Assembly (NCBI RefSeq): GCF_000143415.4
Contig: NW_003314284.1
Span: forward strand, 1,470,693-1,534,692
DNA length: 64,000 bases
Reading direction: 5' to 3'
Source: Selaginella moellendorffii
Lineage: Eukaryota > Plantae > Lycopodiophyta
Part shown: in pieces, positions 21,483-31,540 of the stretch
Numbering within the stretch: the stretch's first letter is position 1
Layout of the letters: each line of letters starts with the position of its first letter
Translations under genes and position numbers: made by a program
Notes under the pieces: generated by a model
Told to the model about the DNA's origin: nothing
What the model saw: the letters and a program-made list of their open reading frames with translations, nothing else
The model's database searches: none

Positions 21483-24400
21483 ATGCAATCGTCCTGGAAG
21501 CGCTGGAATCACAATGTGAGTCTTACATTTTCCAGTAACAGCTCTTCATTCTCTGTCCGCTTCTCGAGCTCACGAACGAGCTCTCTCGAATTATCTCCGA
21601 GATCCATCGCCGAGATCCTTGCGGAGATCAAAGCCTGTAGCCGATCCCGGGATTTGGAGAGAGGGAGGAGACTTCATGCCCGATTATCTGGAGGAGGCCG
21701 AGGATTCGAGACGAACGCCTTCGTGGCGAACAGTTTGGTGGACATGTATGCAAAGTGTGGAAGCCTGGTGGACGCTAGAAAGGTTTTCGCGGGGATGGGA
21801 TTACACAAGACAGTGGTGTCGTGGAACGCACTGATACAGGGATATGTGGAGAATGGCCAAGCAGAGATGGCCTTGAAGGTCTTCTCGGCCATGCAAGAAC
21901 AAGGATACTCTCCAAATCCTCGAACTTTTGGTGCTGCTATGAAGGCCTGCTCCATCCTCGCGGCAAAAGAATCGATCACACAAGTACTAGACCGTGGAAA
22001 GGAGCAAGACAACAACGATGAAGAAGAAGTAGAAGCTTTTGGTGTGAAGCTGGAGTCTCTGAGCAAAGGAATGGAGATTCACTCCCAGGCAGCGGGATTG
22101 AAAGGGTGTTTGGAGGACATCTTCGTTGCAAACACACTGGTGGACGTGTATTCCAAGTGTGGCAGCATGAGTGATGCTCGGCGAGTATTCGACCGGATGG
22201 AGTGCCACGACGTTGTCTCGTGGAACTCGCTGCTGCTCGGATATGGCGAGAACGGGCAGGGGGAGCTGGGGCTCGAGCTCTACGTAGCCATGAAAGATCA
22301 AGGTTGTCCTCCATGTCCTCGAACTTTTGTCACCGTGCTCAAAATCTGTGCTTCTTTGGCAGGCGACGAAGATGGCAAGCCGGTAGCCGGAGAGCTCGTC
22401 AAGCTGAAGTCTCTGGAGCGAGGTATGGTTGTTCATTCTCATGTTGCTAGCGCTGGTTGTGACGACGTTTTCTTGTCTAGCACCCTGGTCGATGTCTATG
22501 CAAAGTGTGGGAGCTTGAGGGACGCTCGGGCCGTGTTTGACAAGATGGATCTCCACGACGTGGTTTCATGGACGGCTTTGATCCTGGGCTACGCAGAGAA
22601 CAGCAGGCCTGAGCTCGCGCTTCAGCTGTTTCTACACATGGAAACGCTAGCAAATGCGCCAACTTTCGCCGGAGCAGTCAAGGCTTGCTCGTTTCTGGCA
22701 CTCAAGGAGGAAGGCAAGCTGGTCGGAATGGATAACAGGGGGACTGTCAGGATCAGAGCTTTGGAGAAGGCCATGGCTATTCATTCCCAGGCGGCAAGCA
22801 GTGGCTACTTATCGGACATCTTCCTGCAAAGCTCTCTGGTAGATTTGTATGGGAAATGTGGGAGCATGCTTGACGCTCGCCTCGTCTTTGACAGGATGCA
22901 ACACAGGGACGTTGTGTCGTGGAACTCTTTGATCCTGGGATACGTAGAGAACGGTGAAACTCACCTGGTTTTCGATCTACTGGCTCGGTTGACAGAAGAT
23001 TTCGCACCAAATGATACAAGCTTTGTTGCTGCTATCAAGGCTTGCGCAACTCTAGCAACGACTCACGACGGGAATGGCAGGCCTCTCAAGGGGGAGGCTC
23101 TGGAAAGAGGCACTAGCATTCATGCTCAGGCAAGGGACAGGGGGTTTGAGAAGGATAAGTTCGTCACAAGCACGCTGATCGACATGTACGCCAAATGTGG
23201 AGCCTTGGAAGACGCTCGCAGAGTTTTGGAGAGGGCGAGGCCGAGAGATTCAGTGCCTTGGACTGTGCTGATGCTGGGATACGTAGACAACGGAGAGGAG
23301 AGGCTAGCACTGGATCTCTTTGCTGCGATATTCGGCTCAAGCAGCGCTCAAACGAGTTCTCCGGCGTTCGTCGCTGCTCTCAAGGCGTGCATCGGCTTGG
23401 CTGCACGAGAAAGCACCGACGCAAAGGTGGCGAAACTGGAGAGCCTGGAGAAATGCATGGAGATCCACAGGGAAGCTGCGAGATGCGAGGTTGAGCTGGA
23501 CATCACCTTGGAGAGCACTCTGGTGGACGCCTACTCCAAGTGTGGAAGCTTGCTAGACGCCCGCATGGTGTTCGACAGGATGGAGGCTCACAGCACAGTA
23601 TCGTGGACGGTCATGCTCAACGGCTGCACGGAGAATGGAGACGAAGAGATGGCGCTAGATCTGTTCGAAAGTTTGGAGCTCCAACTCCAGCTCGAGCCAA
23701 ATTCAGTCACTTTCGTCGCTGTGCTCAAGGCCTGTGCTGCTGCCGCTGCCAAAGAAGCTGGCAAGGAGATCGACGATGACAAGTTCGTGAAGCTCCGGTC
23801 GCTGGACAAGGCCATGGCGATCCACTCACGAGCTCGAGCGAAGTTCGGTGGTGGTGGCGAGCTCGACCTCGTGGTTGCAAACACGGTGGTCGATCTCTAC
23901 GCGAAGTGTGGGAGCATGGCAAGCGCCCGGGGTGTGTTTGACGCGACGAAGCTCCACAGCGCGGCTTCGTGTGCTTCGCTCGTCCGGGGCTACGCTGAGA
24001 ACAACGAAGGGGAGCTTGCTCTGGAGCTCTTTTGGCGGATCAAGGAGAGATTTTTAGCGGTGGAGGGCGGTGCCGGATTCGTGGCGGCGCTCAAGGCGTG
24101 CTCGAGCCTGGTGGATCTGAGGGGCTGCCGGGCGATCCATGGCGAGATCTCGCGGCACGGCCTCCTGATCGTGGTGGAGAGCTGCCTGGTGGACGCGTAT
24201 GGCAAATGCGGCAGCACGATCGATGCGCGGCGCTGCTTCGAGGCCGTGGCGAGGAGGCGGCTGATCGATTGGAACGCTCTCATGGCGGCGCACTCCCGCC
24301 AGGGCGATTGGCGCGCGGTGGCGGAGCTCTTCCACGGGATGCGCGACGAGGAGCTCGCGCCCGACGCGGTGAGCTGCCTGCGCGTGCTCACGGCGCTGAG

Positions 24401-25178
24401 TCACGCCGGGATGGTGGAGCTCGGCCATGGCTTCCTCGGCGCGATGGAGACGAAGTACGGACTCCGCCCGGGCGTGGAGCACTACACGTGTACGGTGGAC
24501 ATGCTGGCGCGGGCGAACCGGCTGGACGCCGCGGTGGCCGCCGTACGGGGGATGCCGTACGAGGCCGACACGGCCACGTGGACGGCGGTGATGGCCGCGT
24601 GCTGCCGGTGGAAGAACGCGGCCGTGGCGGAGGTCGCGTTTGGCGCGCTGCGGGCGATCGATCCGGGCGATGGCGCGGCATTCTTGCTCATGGCGAATCT
24701 CTACGGGAGCTTGGGTATGTGGGAGGAGCAGTCGCGGATCGAGGAGCTGGGGAGGAGCTGCGGCGCGCCGAGGAGAAGTGGGCGGAGCTGGTGGATCGAT
24801 GATAAAACGGGGATCCTCCACCGGTTTGGGGCTGGAGATGTGGGCCGCGGCGGCCCCGCGATCGCGGCCAAGCTCGCGGAGATGAGGGGCTGGATGATGG
24901 GCGGTGATGTGGGCGGGATCGCGCACAACATTGGCGAGGAGGACAAGAGGGGCTTCGTCCTGTGCTCGCACAGCGAGAGGATCGCCATGGCGTGCGCGCT
25001 GGTGAGCTCGCCGCCCGGGGCGACGATCCGGATCGGGAAGAACCTGCGCGTGTGCGGCGATTGCCACGCGGTGAGCGCCGTCGCGTCGCGGATGGAGCGC
25101 CGCCGGATCGTGTGCCGCGACGCCAGGAGGTTTCATGTCTTCGAGGGCGGGAAATGCTCGTGTGGAGATTATTGGTGA
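21483..25178 (+). CDS. PLS-class PPR protein with E and DYW cytidine deaminase domains (1231 aa), organellar C-to-U editing factor; intronless
   Basis: PLS triplets (LVDxYAKCGS..DARxVFDxM); HSERIA; KNLRVCGDCH; FHVFEGGKCSCGDYW; Ser-rich transit-peptide-like N-terminus. Confidence 0.95.
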   Translation: MQSSWKRWNHNVSLTFSSNSSSFSVRFSSSRTSSLELSPRSIAEILAEIKACSRSRDLERGRRLHARLSGGGRGFETNAFVANSLVDMYAKCGSLVDARKVFAGMGLHKTVVSWNALIQGYVENGQAEMALKVFSAMQEQGYSPNPRTFGAAMKACSILAAKESITQVLDRGKEQDNNDEEEVEAFGVKLESLSKGMEIHSQAAGLKGCLEDIFVANTLVDVYSKCGSMSDARRVFDRMECHDVVSWNSLLLGYGENGQGELGLELYVAMKDQGCPPCPRTFVTVLKICASLAGDEDGKPVAGELVKLKSLERGMVVHSHVASAGCDDVFLSSTLVDVYAKCGSLRDARAVFDKMDLHDVVSWTALILGYAENSRPELALQLFLHMETLANAPTFAGAVKACSFLALKEEGKLVGMDNRGTVRIRALEKAMAIHSQAASSGYLSDIFLQSSLVDLYGKCGSMLDARLVFDRMQHRDVVSWNSLILGYVENGETHLVFDLLARLTEDFAPNDTSFVAAIKACATLATTHDGNGRPLKGEALERGTSIHAQARDRGFEKDKFVTSTLIDMYAKCGALEDARRVLERARPRDSVPWTVLMLGYVDNGEERLALDLFAAIFGSSSAQTSSPAFVAALKACIGLAARESTDAKVAKLESLEKCMEIHREAARCEVELDITLESTLVDAYSKCGSLLDARMVFDRMEAHSTVSWTVMLNGCTENGDEEMALDLFESLELQLQLEPNSVTFVAVLKACAAAAAKEAGKEIDDDKFVKLRSLDKAMAIHSRARAKFGGGGELDLVVANTVVDLYAKCGSMASARGVFDATKLHSAASCASLVRGYAENNEGELALELFWRIKERFLAVEGGAGFVAALKACSSLVDLRGCRAIHGEISRHGLLIVVESCLVDAYGKCGSTIDARRCFEAVARRRLIDWNALMAAHSRQGDWRAVAELFHGMRDEELAPDAVSCLRVLTALSHAGMVELGHGFLGAMETKYGLRPGVEHYTCTVDMLARANRLDAAVAAVRGMPYEADTATWTAVMAACCRWKNAAVAEVAFGALRAIDPGDGAAFLLMANLYGSLGMWEEQSRIEELGRSCGAPRRSGRSWWIDDKTGILHRFGAGDVGRGGPAIAAKLAEMRGWMMGGDVGGIAHNIGEEDKRGFVLCSHSERIAMACALVSSPPGATIRIGKNLRVCGDCHAVSAVASRMERRRIVCRDARRFHVFEGGKCSCGDYW

Positions 25179-25190
25179 ATCGCGGGCTGA

Positions 25191-25296
25191 CACGTGGCAC
25201 AAGGAATGATGAATCGCACTTTGGCACGTGTCAACCTGTTGGTGAGTTGAGCGCCAACACGTGGACAATTTTGGTGTATCGTGCTTTGGACACGTG
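25191..25296 (+). promoter_or_regulatory. Array of four G-box/ABRE-like CACGTG motifs
   Basis: CACGTG at 25191, 25225, 25258 and 25291, upstream of the 25519 ORF. Confidence 0.65.
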
Positions 25297-25518
25297 GTCG
25301 CGCATTGAAGAGAGACCACTTGGCAGAAGATGAAGCTATAGGGTTATTCCATTGTTGGATAGCGCGACAAGGAGCAAACAAGGTGAGATCATCTCGAGTT
25401 TTTGGCGGTAGCTCTCTCGCGTGATTCTCGCATCGATCAAATCTAGGACAAGGTAAGATCTCTCCCAATCGTCCTGTTCCAACGCTTGGATTCGCGAATC
25501 GCGTGTATAGGAGGCGCA

Positions 25519-26007
25519 ATGCAGCCACACAGAGAGGACTCGGCTCCCAATGCCGCCGCAGTGAGCGTGGAGACGCGGCTGGACAACTCGGAGCTCGGCC
25601 CGGGCATCGCCACGGGCTCGACGGTGGACAGGACCGACATCTCCACCGCCTCCTCGGCGGGGCTCACGGCAGCAAAGAAGAGCTTCCCCCCAAAGCCCCC
25701 GCAGCCGCGCAAGGGCGACGAGGAGGAGATCAAGAGGGGCGGGAGTGGGATCCAAGGCAGCAGCGATGGCGTTGGCGGCGGGCTCCAGAGGGAGGACTCG
25801 CTGGAATCGGCAATGTCCAAGACATCGTCGTCCTCCACTACCACCATCTCGCCCATTGTGCCGGTGACGAAAGAGGCGTACGGTGGCGGGATCTATGGCA
25901 AGGACGACGAGCCCAAAGACAAAGAGAAGCGGAGCAATGGCGGACGTGGTGGCGGCGCCGCTCCTAAAGTGTACGAAGATGGTAGCGCGATTCCGTACAT
26001 CCAGTAG
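25519..26007 (+). CDS. Small hydrophilic, probably disordered protein, LEA/stress-protein-like
   Basis: Gly/Ser/charge-rich ORF lacking Cys and Trp from the ATG at 25519; PVTKEAYGGGIYG motif; C-terminal YIQ; GC-rich codon usage; (CT)n just after the stop. Confidence 0.55.
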   Translation: MQPHREDSAPNAAAVSVETRLDNSELGPGIATGSTVDRTDISTASSAGLTAAKKSFPPKPPQPRKGDEEEIKRGGSGIQGSSDGVGGGLQREDSLESAMSKTSSSSTTTISPIVPVTKEAYGGGIYGKDDEPKDKEKRSNGGRGGGAAPKVYEDGSAIPYIQ

Positions 26008-26110
26008 TGTAGAGAGAATACTCTCTCTCTCTCTCTCTCTCCCCTGTGTTCTTACTCTTTTTTTTGTGGGATTTTTTGTTCTCTCAAAGCGTTGGTTGAC
26101 AGCTTTTCGC

Positions 26111-26170
26111 TGATCAAAGTCTTATCTTTTTTGTTGATCAAAGTCTTATCTTTGTTTGTTGATGAAAGTC
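26111..26170. repeat. ~24-bp tandem repeat (about 2.5 units)
   Basis: tgatcaaagtcttatcttt repeated, third unit degenerate. Confidence 0.7.
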
Positions 26171-26903
26171 AGAATATGTCTGTGATTACACTTGATCTTG
26201 ACATGCAAACGAACTAACAATTATTTTGGCGATTCATGCGCTCTGATCCAACCGCGGATTAAAGAAACTCGCTGGCGAGCGAGCAGACAGTGGAACATGT
26301 GCAGCGCGCTCGCTTTTGGCTTTCAAGAGAGAATTGGAACAACAAACAAGGCCTTGAATCCAAACCAGGAAATACAAAAAAGAAAGAACGAGCAGACAAT
26401 CCATCTGAGCCACGACGCCTGGATTCCTGCGCATTGAATTCGCCTTTGGCCTTCCATCTTCCTGCCACCATCCCTTCCAAATGGGAAGCTTTTGGCGATT
26501 GGGACACGCCCCACCTTTTCTCCTCCAAGAGAGGAGGGACCCAAATGGTTTGGTGTGTGATGCTTGTCTTTTGGCTAGCAAGGTCAGACGGTGCCAAGCT
26601 ACACGTTTCTTTCTAGTCTCGCCCTTCTATCGAATTCTCCTTTCCATTTTGCCGCTTAAAACCATACCCCCTTTAGCCAGCGCTATTTGTTTTTGGCCAT
26701 TTTTGCGGATCAATGATCATGGACCACCACTTAGCAGAAGTTTTTTCCTCGTCCCGAGTATATAAGTAGCGGGGCCTGGCTAGCACTCTCTAGAACAGGG
26801 TAGAGAAGAAGAAGAAGAGTGTACCACTCTAGAGCTTTGCATTTTCCAAGTTCCAAGAGCCCAAGCTTCCCGGAGAAGAAGTCTAGAGCTCCAAGCTCGA
26901 ACG

Positions 26904-27770
26904 ATGTCAACTATGGCGAAGATCCACAACGTCCGGATCCTCGGCCAAGGCCGAGAGCTCGTGGTTCTCTCCCACGGCTTTGGAGCCAGCCAAGGCGCGT
27001 GGGAGGGGCTCCTCCCGCATCTCTTGCCGCGCTACTCCGTGCTGCTCTACGATCTCCGGGGGCATGGAGGAGCTACTAGCGACGATGACTTTGATGCGTC
27101 CAGGTACCGGAGCATGGAAGGCTTTGCCGAGGATCTCATCGCCATCCTGTCCGAGCTCCAGCTCGGCAAGTGCCTCTACGTCGGCCACTCCATGTCGGGC
27201 TTGATTGGCTGCCTCGCCGCCGCCGCTCGCCCCGACCTCTTCTCCAAGCTCGTCCTCCTCGGAGCTTCGCCCAGGTACTACTGCTACTCTTGTTCTTCAA
27301 AGTTCCCTTCAAAGTCCTCGATTGATCTTGCTCCATCCAGGTACATCAATGACGCTGGCTACGAGGGAGGCTTCGAGCAGCAGGACGTTGACGAGCTCCT
27401 GGCCGCGATCAAGCGAGACCATGCCTCGTGGCTGCAAGGATTCGCCCCTGCCGCTCTGGGACCCGAGGCGAGCGAAGAATGTATCCAGCGCTACATGGCC
27501 TTCCTGTCCGTCGTTAAGCCCGACTTCATGCTGCTCATAGCCGAGACCATCTTCAAGAGCGACCTTCGCAAAGTCCTGTCGCTCGTCACTGTGCCGTGCC
27601 ATGTTATCCAGACCAAGGAGGATTTCGCGGTGCCGCAAGCCGTGGCCAAGTATCTCCACCAGCAGCTGGGAGGGGAGCTGGAGATCCTGGATGCCCGCGG
27701 ACACCTCCCGCACGTCACGCATCCTCAGATCCTGGCTCCGGTTCTCACGAGGCTTCTGAGCGAGGAGTAG
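26904..27770 (+). CDS. KAI2/D14/RsbQ-family alpha/beta hydrolase; intron 27275-27340
   Basis: HNVRILG, LSHGFG, GHSMSG (Ser), ASPR|Y, IQTKEDFAVP (Asp), GHLPH (His); TATA-like motif near 26760. Confidence 0.92.
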   Translation: MSTMAKIHNVRILGQGRELVVLSHGFGASQGAWEGLLPHLLPRYSVLLYDLRGHGGATSDDDFDASRYRSMEGFAEDLIAILSELQLGKCLYVGHSMSGLIGCLAAAARPDLFSKLVLLGASPRYYCYSCSSKFPSKSSIDLAPSRYINDAGYEGGFEQQDVDELLAAIKRDHASWLQGFAPAALGPEASEECIQRYMAFLSVVKPDFMLLIAETIFKSDLRKVLSLVTVPCHVIQTKEDFAVPQAVAKYLHQQLGGELEILDARGHLPHVTHPQILAPVLTRLLSEE

Positions 27771-28312
27771 TCGAGCAGAGTGTCGAGTGTGAGTCCATGG
27801 ATCCAGTTGCTAGATTGCCTGGAAAGTTTGTGCAAAAAGTCTTTGCTACGAGTTTGTCGTCTTAGGATCTGGAAAGCTACCTCGAGTGATGGAAGTGAAT
27901 CGATTGCAATCGTAAAAGCTGTGTCGGAAAGGAAAGGAGGTTGCCTCCACTCGACGGTGCTGCTAGAGGACAAGCTGCGCCGGAGGAATAGTTCGTCGCA
28001 GAGACTGTAACACAGAGCTTTCAATGCTGCTGGAAACATAAAAACAAGAGCTTTGCTTACCACTGTGTGTCATTTTTCTCCGTAAAGGCTGCTACGAAAA
28101 GAAGGAAAAGAACAAACAAGAACTTTAATGCTGATAGAGGAAAAAAACCAACTTTTTCTTACTTTACAGTGTACCCTCCTGCGAATCAGTGAGTACATCA
28201 CGTTTTTACTCTTAGCTCGTGGGTCTTCACTGCTGAATGAAAAAGCACTGCGTTATTGATCGGAAGAAACAAAATGTAGAAAGGAAAAAGTACTTACGGG
28301 TATCCAAGATCA

Positions 28313-30709
28313 TCAAGCTTTCCACTCAGCATCCGCGTGTTCTTCTTTTGACTCCAAGAGGTGGTCCTCGACAATCTTGGCGAGATCAGTATCACCGCTC
28401 TTGGTCACGCGGTGGCCCCTCTCCCTCGCAACCTCCACAATCCTGCGTGCCGAGTCGGTCCTCTTGGCGTCACACAGCGCAGCAACCAGCCCCGCGAGAG
28501 CGCGGCATATGTTATCCCCAGCCACCGTCACCTCCATCCCGTGGTACATACCGCACGCTTCCTCCAGCTTCCCGGCTCGGCACAGGCTCGTGATCACCAT
28601 GCTGTAGGCCGCCGCGTCGGGCCCCTCGCGACTCGACTTGATAAGCTCGAACAGCTTCACGGCCGAGTCGAGCATCCCGGCCTTGGACAGGCCGTTCATG
28701 ATGATGCTGTAAGTCACCACGTCCGGCGAGCAGCGGCTCTTGAGCATCATCTCGTAGACCCTGTGAACCTCGTCCATCTTGCCGCTCTTGCACAGCCCGT
28801 CCATGACGCTGTTGTAAGTCACGACGTTCGGCGGCGACCCGGCCGCCTCCATGAGCTCCAGCAGCCGGAACGCGTCCTGGAACTTCCTCTCCTTGCACAG
28901 AACGTTGATGAGCGTCGAGTAGGTCACCACGTCCGGCTTCACGCCGTTCCTCCGCATGTCCTCGAGCAGCTCCAAGGAAGCGTCAAACTGGCCAGCCCGG
29001 GCGAATGTGTTGATGAGCATGCTGTAAGTCACCACGTCCGGGACGACCCCGGACTGCCGGAGCTCCTCCACAGACTTGCGAGCTCGGTCCAGGTAGCCCG
29101 CCTTGCACAGCGCGTCCAGGTAGCCGGGATACGCCGCTGCCTCGAGCGAGCCACCTTTTCGTGCCTTCTCCTCCTCGAAGAAACGGATCACCCGGTCCAA
29201 CTCCCCGTGCTGCCGGAAACCATGCACGAGGTTGCTGTAAGTCACCTCGTTGGGACGGACTCCCATCTGTCGCATCTCCTCCATGAACTTGAGCGCGTCG
29301 TCGAGCCGGCTGGCCTTGCACAGCCCCCCGACGATCGTGGTGCACGTAATCACGTCCGTCGGGAGCTCCAGGCTGCGCTGCTCGATCATCACACGCAGCG
29401 CCTCGTCGATCTCCCCGGCCCGGCTCAGGTGCTGGATGAGCGTGCCGTAAGTTATCGGGTTTGGCTTGCAGCCGTTTCGCTTCATCTCCTGGAACACCTC
29501 GCGCGCCAGCTTCGTCTTGTTGCTCCGGCACAGCCCGTTGAGCAGGATGGTGTACGTGAAAACGTTTGGAACGATGGACTCCTCCACCATCTTCTCCAGA
29601 ACTTTGTACGCGTCCATGACTCTGGAAGCCCGGCACAAGCCCGTGATGATCCCGTTGTAGATGAAGACCGTGGGAGTGTAGACGCCGCTGAGCTCCCGGA
29701 CGAGCTCCAGTGCCTGGTTCGCCATCCCGGCGCCGCAAAGGCCGTCCACGACGAGCTTGTACGTGGTCTCGCCATAGACCACGCCTCTGGACGCCAGGAG
29801 CGTGAAGAGCCGGACCACCTCGGAGAACTTGGAGCGCCGGAAGAGCTTCGTGGCGAGGAGCGTGAAAGCCTGCGAGTCGACTTTAGCGCCAGCTTCCACC
29901 ACCGATCTCTCCAGGAGCTTGGCCGCCATCTCCAGCTTGTCCGCGCGAGCGAGCGCGTCCACCACCACGCTGCAATCCACGCTCGCCACCTTGAAGTTGT
30001 GATCCAGCAGCGCTTGCAAGCATCCGGCGGCGACGTCGATCTTGTCCGCCTTGCAGAGCGCGTAGAGCAGCGGGTGGTGGTCGGCGGCGATGCCCCGCGA
30101 GAGCGCCTCGCGGGAGAGCTCGAGAGCGTCGTCAAAGCGGCGGTGCCGCGCAAAGGCGTCGATCATGCTCGAGTAGGCCTCGGGCGGCACGGTGGCGGCA
30201 CTGCGCACGTAGCAGAAGATCTCCCCGGCCTCGTCGATCTGGCCGAGCTCGACGTAGGCGCGGAGGAGCGCGACGAGGCTGTGGATGCTGGGCTGGTGGC
30301 CGTCGCTGCGCATGGCGCGGAGGAGGAGGAGCGCGGCGGAGGCGTCGCGGGCGTCGCAGAGGCGGGCGATGAGGGACTCGTAGGCGGCGGCGGAGTGGCG
30401 GTAGCCGGAGGCGCCGCTGGTGGAACGAGCCCAGTGGAAGAACTCGAGGCCTTTCTTTCGGCTGGCGCGGCGGAGGACCTCGAGGACGACGTCGTGGGAG
30501 AGGTAGCGAGCGAAGGGAGCGAGCGCGGCGGCGTTGAGACCCACCTCGGTAGGATTGAGCGCCGAGAGGATGCTCTGGACGACGAAGGCGAATGCGTCGC
30601 CGCCCCCGCCGCCGCTGGCGCAAGTGGTGGAGCTGCTTGATCGTCGCGCCATTGCTGGAGTGAGGCTGGGGCGACGAGCACATAGCCTTGTCAAGAGCGC
30701 AGCGCGCAT
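28313..30709 (-). CDS. P-class PPR protein (798 aa), intronless
   Basis: 35-aa repeats PDVVTYSxLIxxLCK; LEFFHWA N-terminal motif; transit-peptide-like start. Confidence 0.93.
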   Translation of the reverse strand: MRAALLTRLCARRPSLTPAMARRSSSSTTCASGGGGGDAFAFVVQSILSALNPTEVGLNAAALAPFARYLSHDVVLEVLRRASRKKGLEFFHWARSTSGASGYRHSAAAYESLIARLCDARDASAALLLLRAMRSDGHQPSIHSLVALLRAYVELGQIDEAGEIFCYVRSAATVPPEAYSSMIDAFARHRRFDDALELSREALSRGIAADHHPLLYALCKADKIDVAAGCLQALLDHNFKVASVDCSVVVDALARADKLEMAAKLLERSVVEAGAKVDSQAFTLLATKLFRRSKFSEVVRLFTLLASRGVVYGETTYKLVVDGLCGAGMANQALELVRELSGVYTPTVFIYNGIITGLCRASRVMDAYKVLEKMVEESIVPNVFTYTILLNGLCRSNKTKLAREVFQEMKRNGCKPNPITYGTLIQHLSRAGEIDEALRVMIEQRSLELPTDVITCTTIVGGLCKASRLDDALKFMEEMRQMGVRPNEVTYSNLVHGFRQHGELDRVIRFFEEEKARKGGSLEAAAYPGYLDALCKAGYLDRARKSVEELRQSGVVPDVVTYSMLINTFARAGQFDASLELLEDMRRNGVKPDVVTYSTLINVLCKERKFQDAFRLLELMEAAGSPPNVVTYNSVMDGLCKSGKMDEVHRVYEMMLKSRCSPDVVTYSIIMNGLSKAGMLDSAVKLFELIKSSREGPDAAAYSMVITSLCRAGKLEEACGMYHGMEVTVAGDNICRALAGLVAALCDAKRTDSARRIVEVARERGHRVTKSGDTDLAKIVEDHLLESKEEHADAEWKA

Positions 30710-31540
30710 GGGCGAGAGATGTGGTGGCGCTCATAGCCTAGCTAGCAAGGAATGTGGCTACCTGTGATCACCCCCGGCATTGCTCTTCCTCTTCCTCTTG
30801 CTCGTGCCAGGGTGTAGGGTTTTACGATTTTAGGGCATAGCGTTAAAAATGAAAGAGTGCGAATCGAACGGTCGATCAATGTCCTAGAAATTTTAAAATC
30901 TAGATTTTAGGGTTTATGGGGCAGGAGAGAAAAATTGAGCCCTCTAGCTGATACCTTCTTTGCTAGGATGACAAGGGAATTCCAACGCTCAATCTTTGAT
31001 TTCTTTTGCTTTGAATTGAACTTTTCATCTTTCCATTATGAGAGAAGGCTCACCACTCAAGGTCTAGCTTGACACAATCCAACCAACACTTCAATCACGC
31101 CTTTCACCATAGTTGGCCATAATTGACTTCTTTAGTCAAAGTCCTTATGTGCTACAATGGAGGCAAACCATGCCAGAGTTGTCAATGTTTGTTATCGATG
31201 TGATTACAAAAAAAAAACTATGTGCCAGGTCAAACCGAACTCCTACAATATAGGTGACATGGCCCTCAATGAGTTCTGGAAAAAGAACTTTCAGAGCCTA
31301 GTATTGGAAGAGGCAGCCACTTGAGACGAGCTGATCGATTTTTCTTTAGCTCAAGGATGTGAGAACTTTGGAACGAAAGAAATGGAGCACTCCCCCAACC
31401 TGACACCATGAATCATCTGTAGACAATGGTAGCCAAGTAACGTTTGGAGCTAGAGGAGAGAATTGTGAAGTCCTGAATACTGGGAAAACAAGAAAGTGTG
31501 CTAGAGAGGAAGGTGTTTTGGACATAACTGATTTGAACTT

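Noticed and set aside
25191-25296. Periodic repeat-spacer pattern as a CRISPR-like array
   Set aside because: The repeat is only a 6-bp G-box; eukaryotic context; no cas genes
24054-25319. 421-aa minus-strand ORF and other overlapping ORFs (also 42673-43623, 31868-32723)
   Set aside because: Stop-poor antisense frames of GC-rich coding regions
28361-30640. 759-aa + strand ORF
   Set aside because: Antisense shadow of the GC3-rich P-class PPR; no independent motifs
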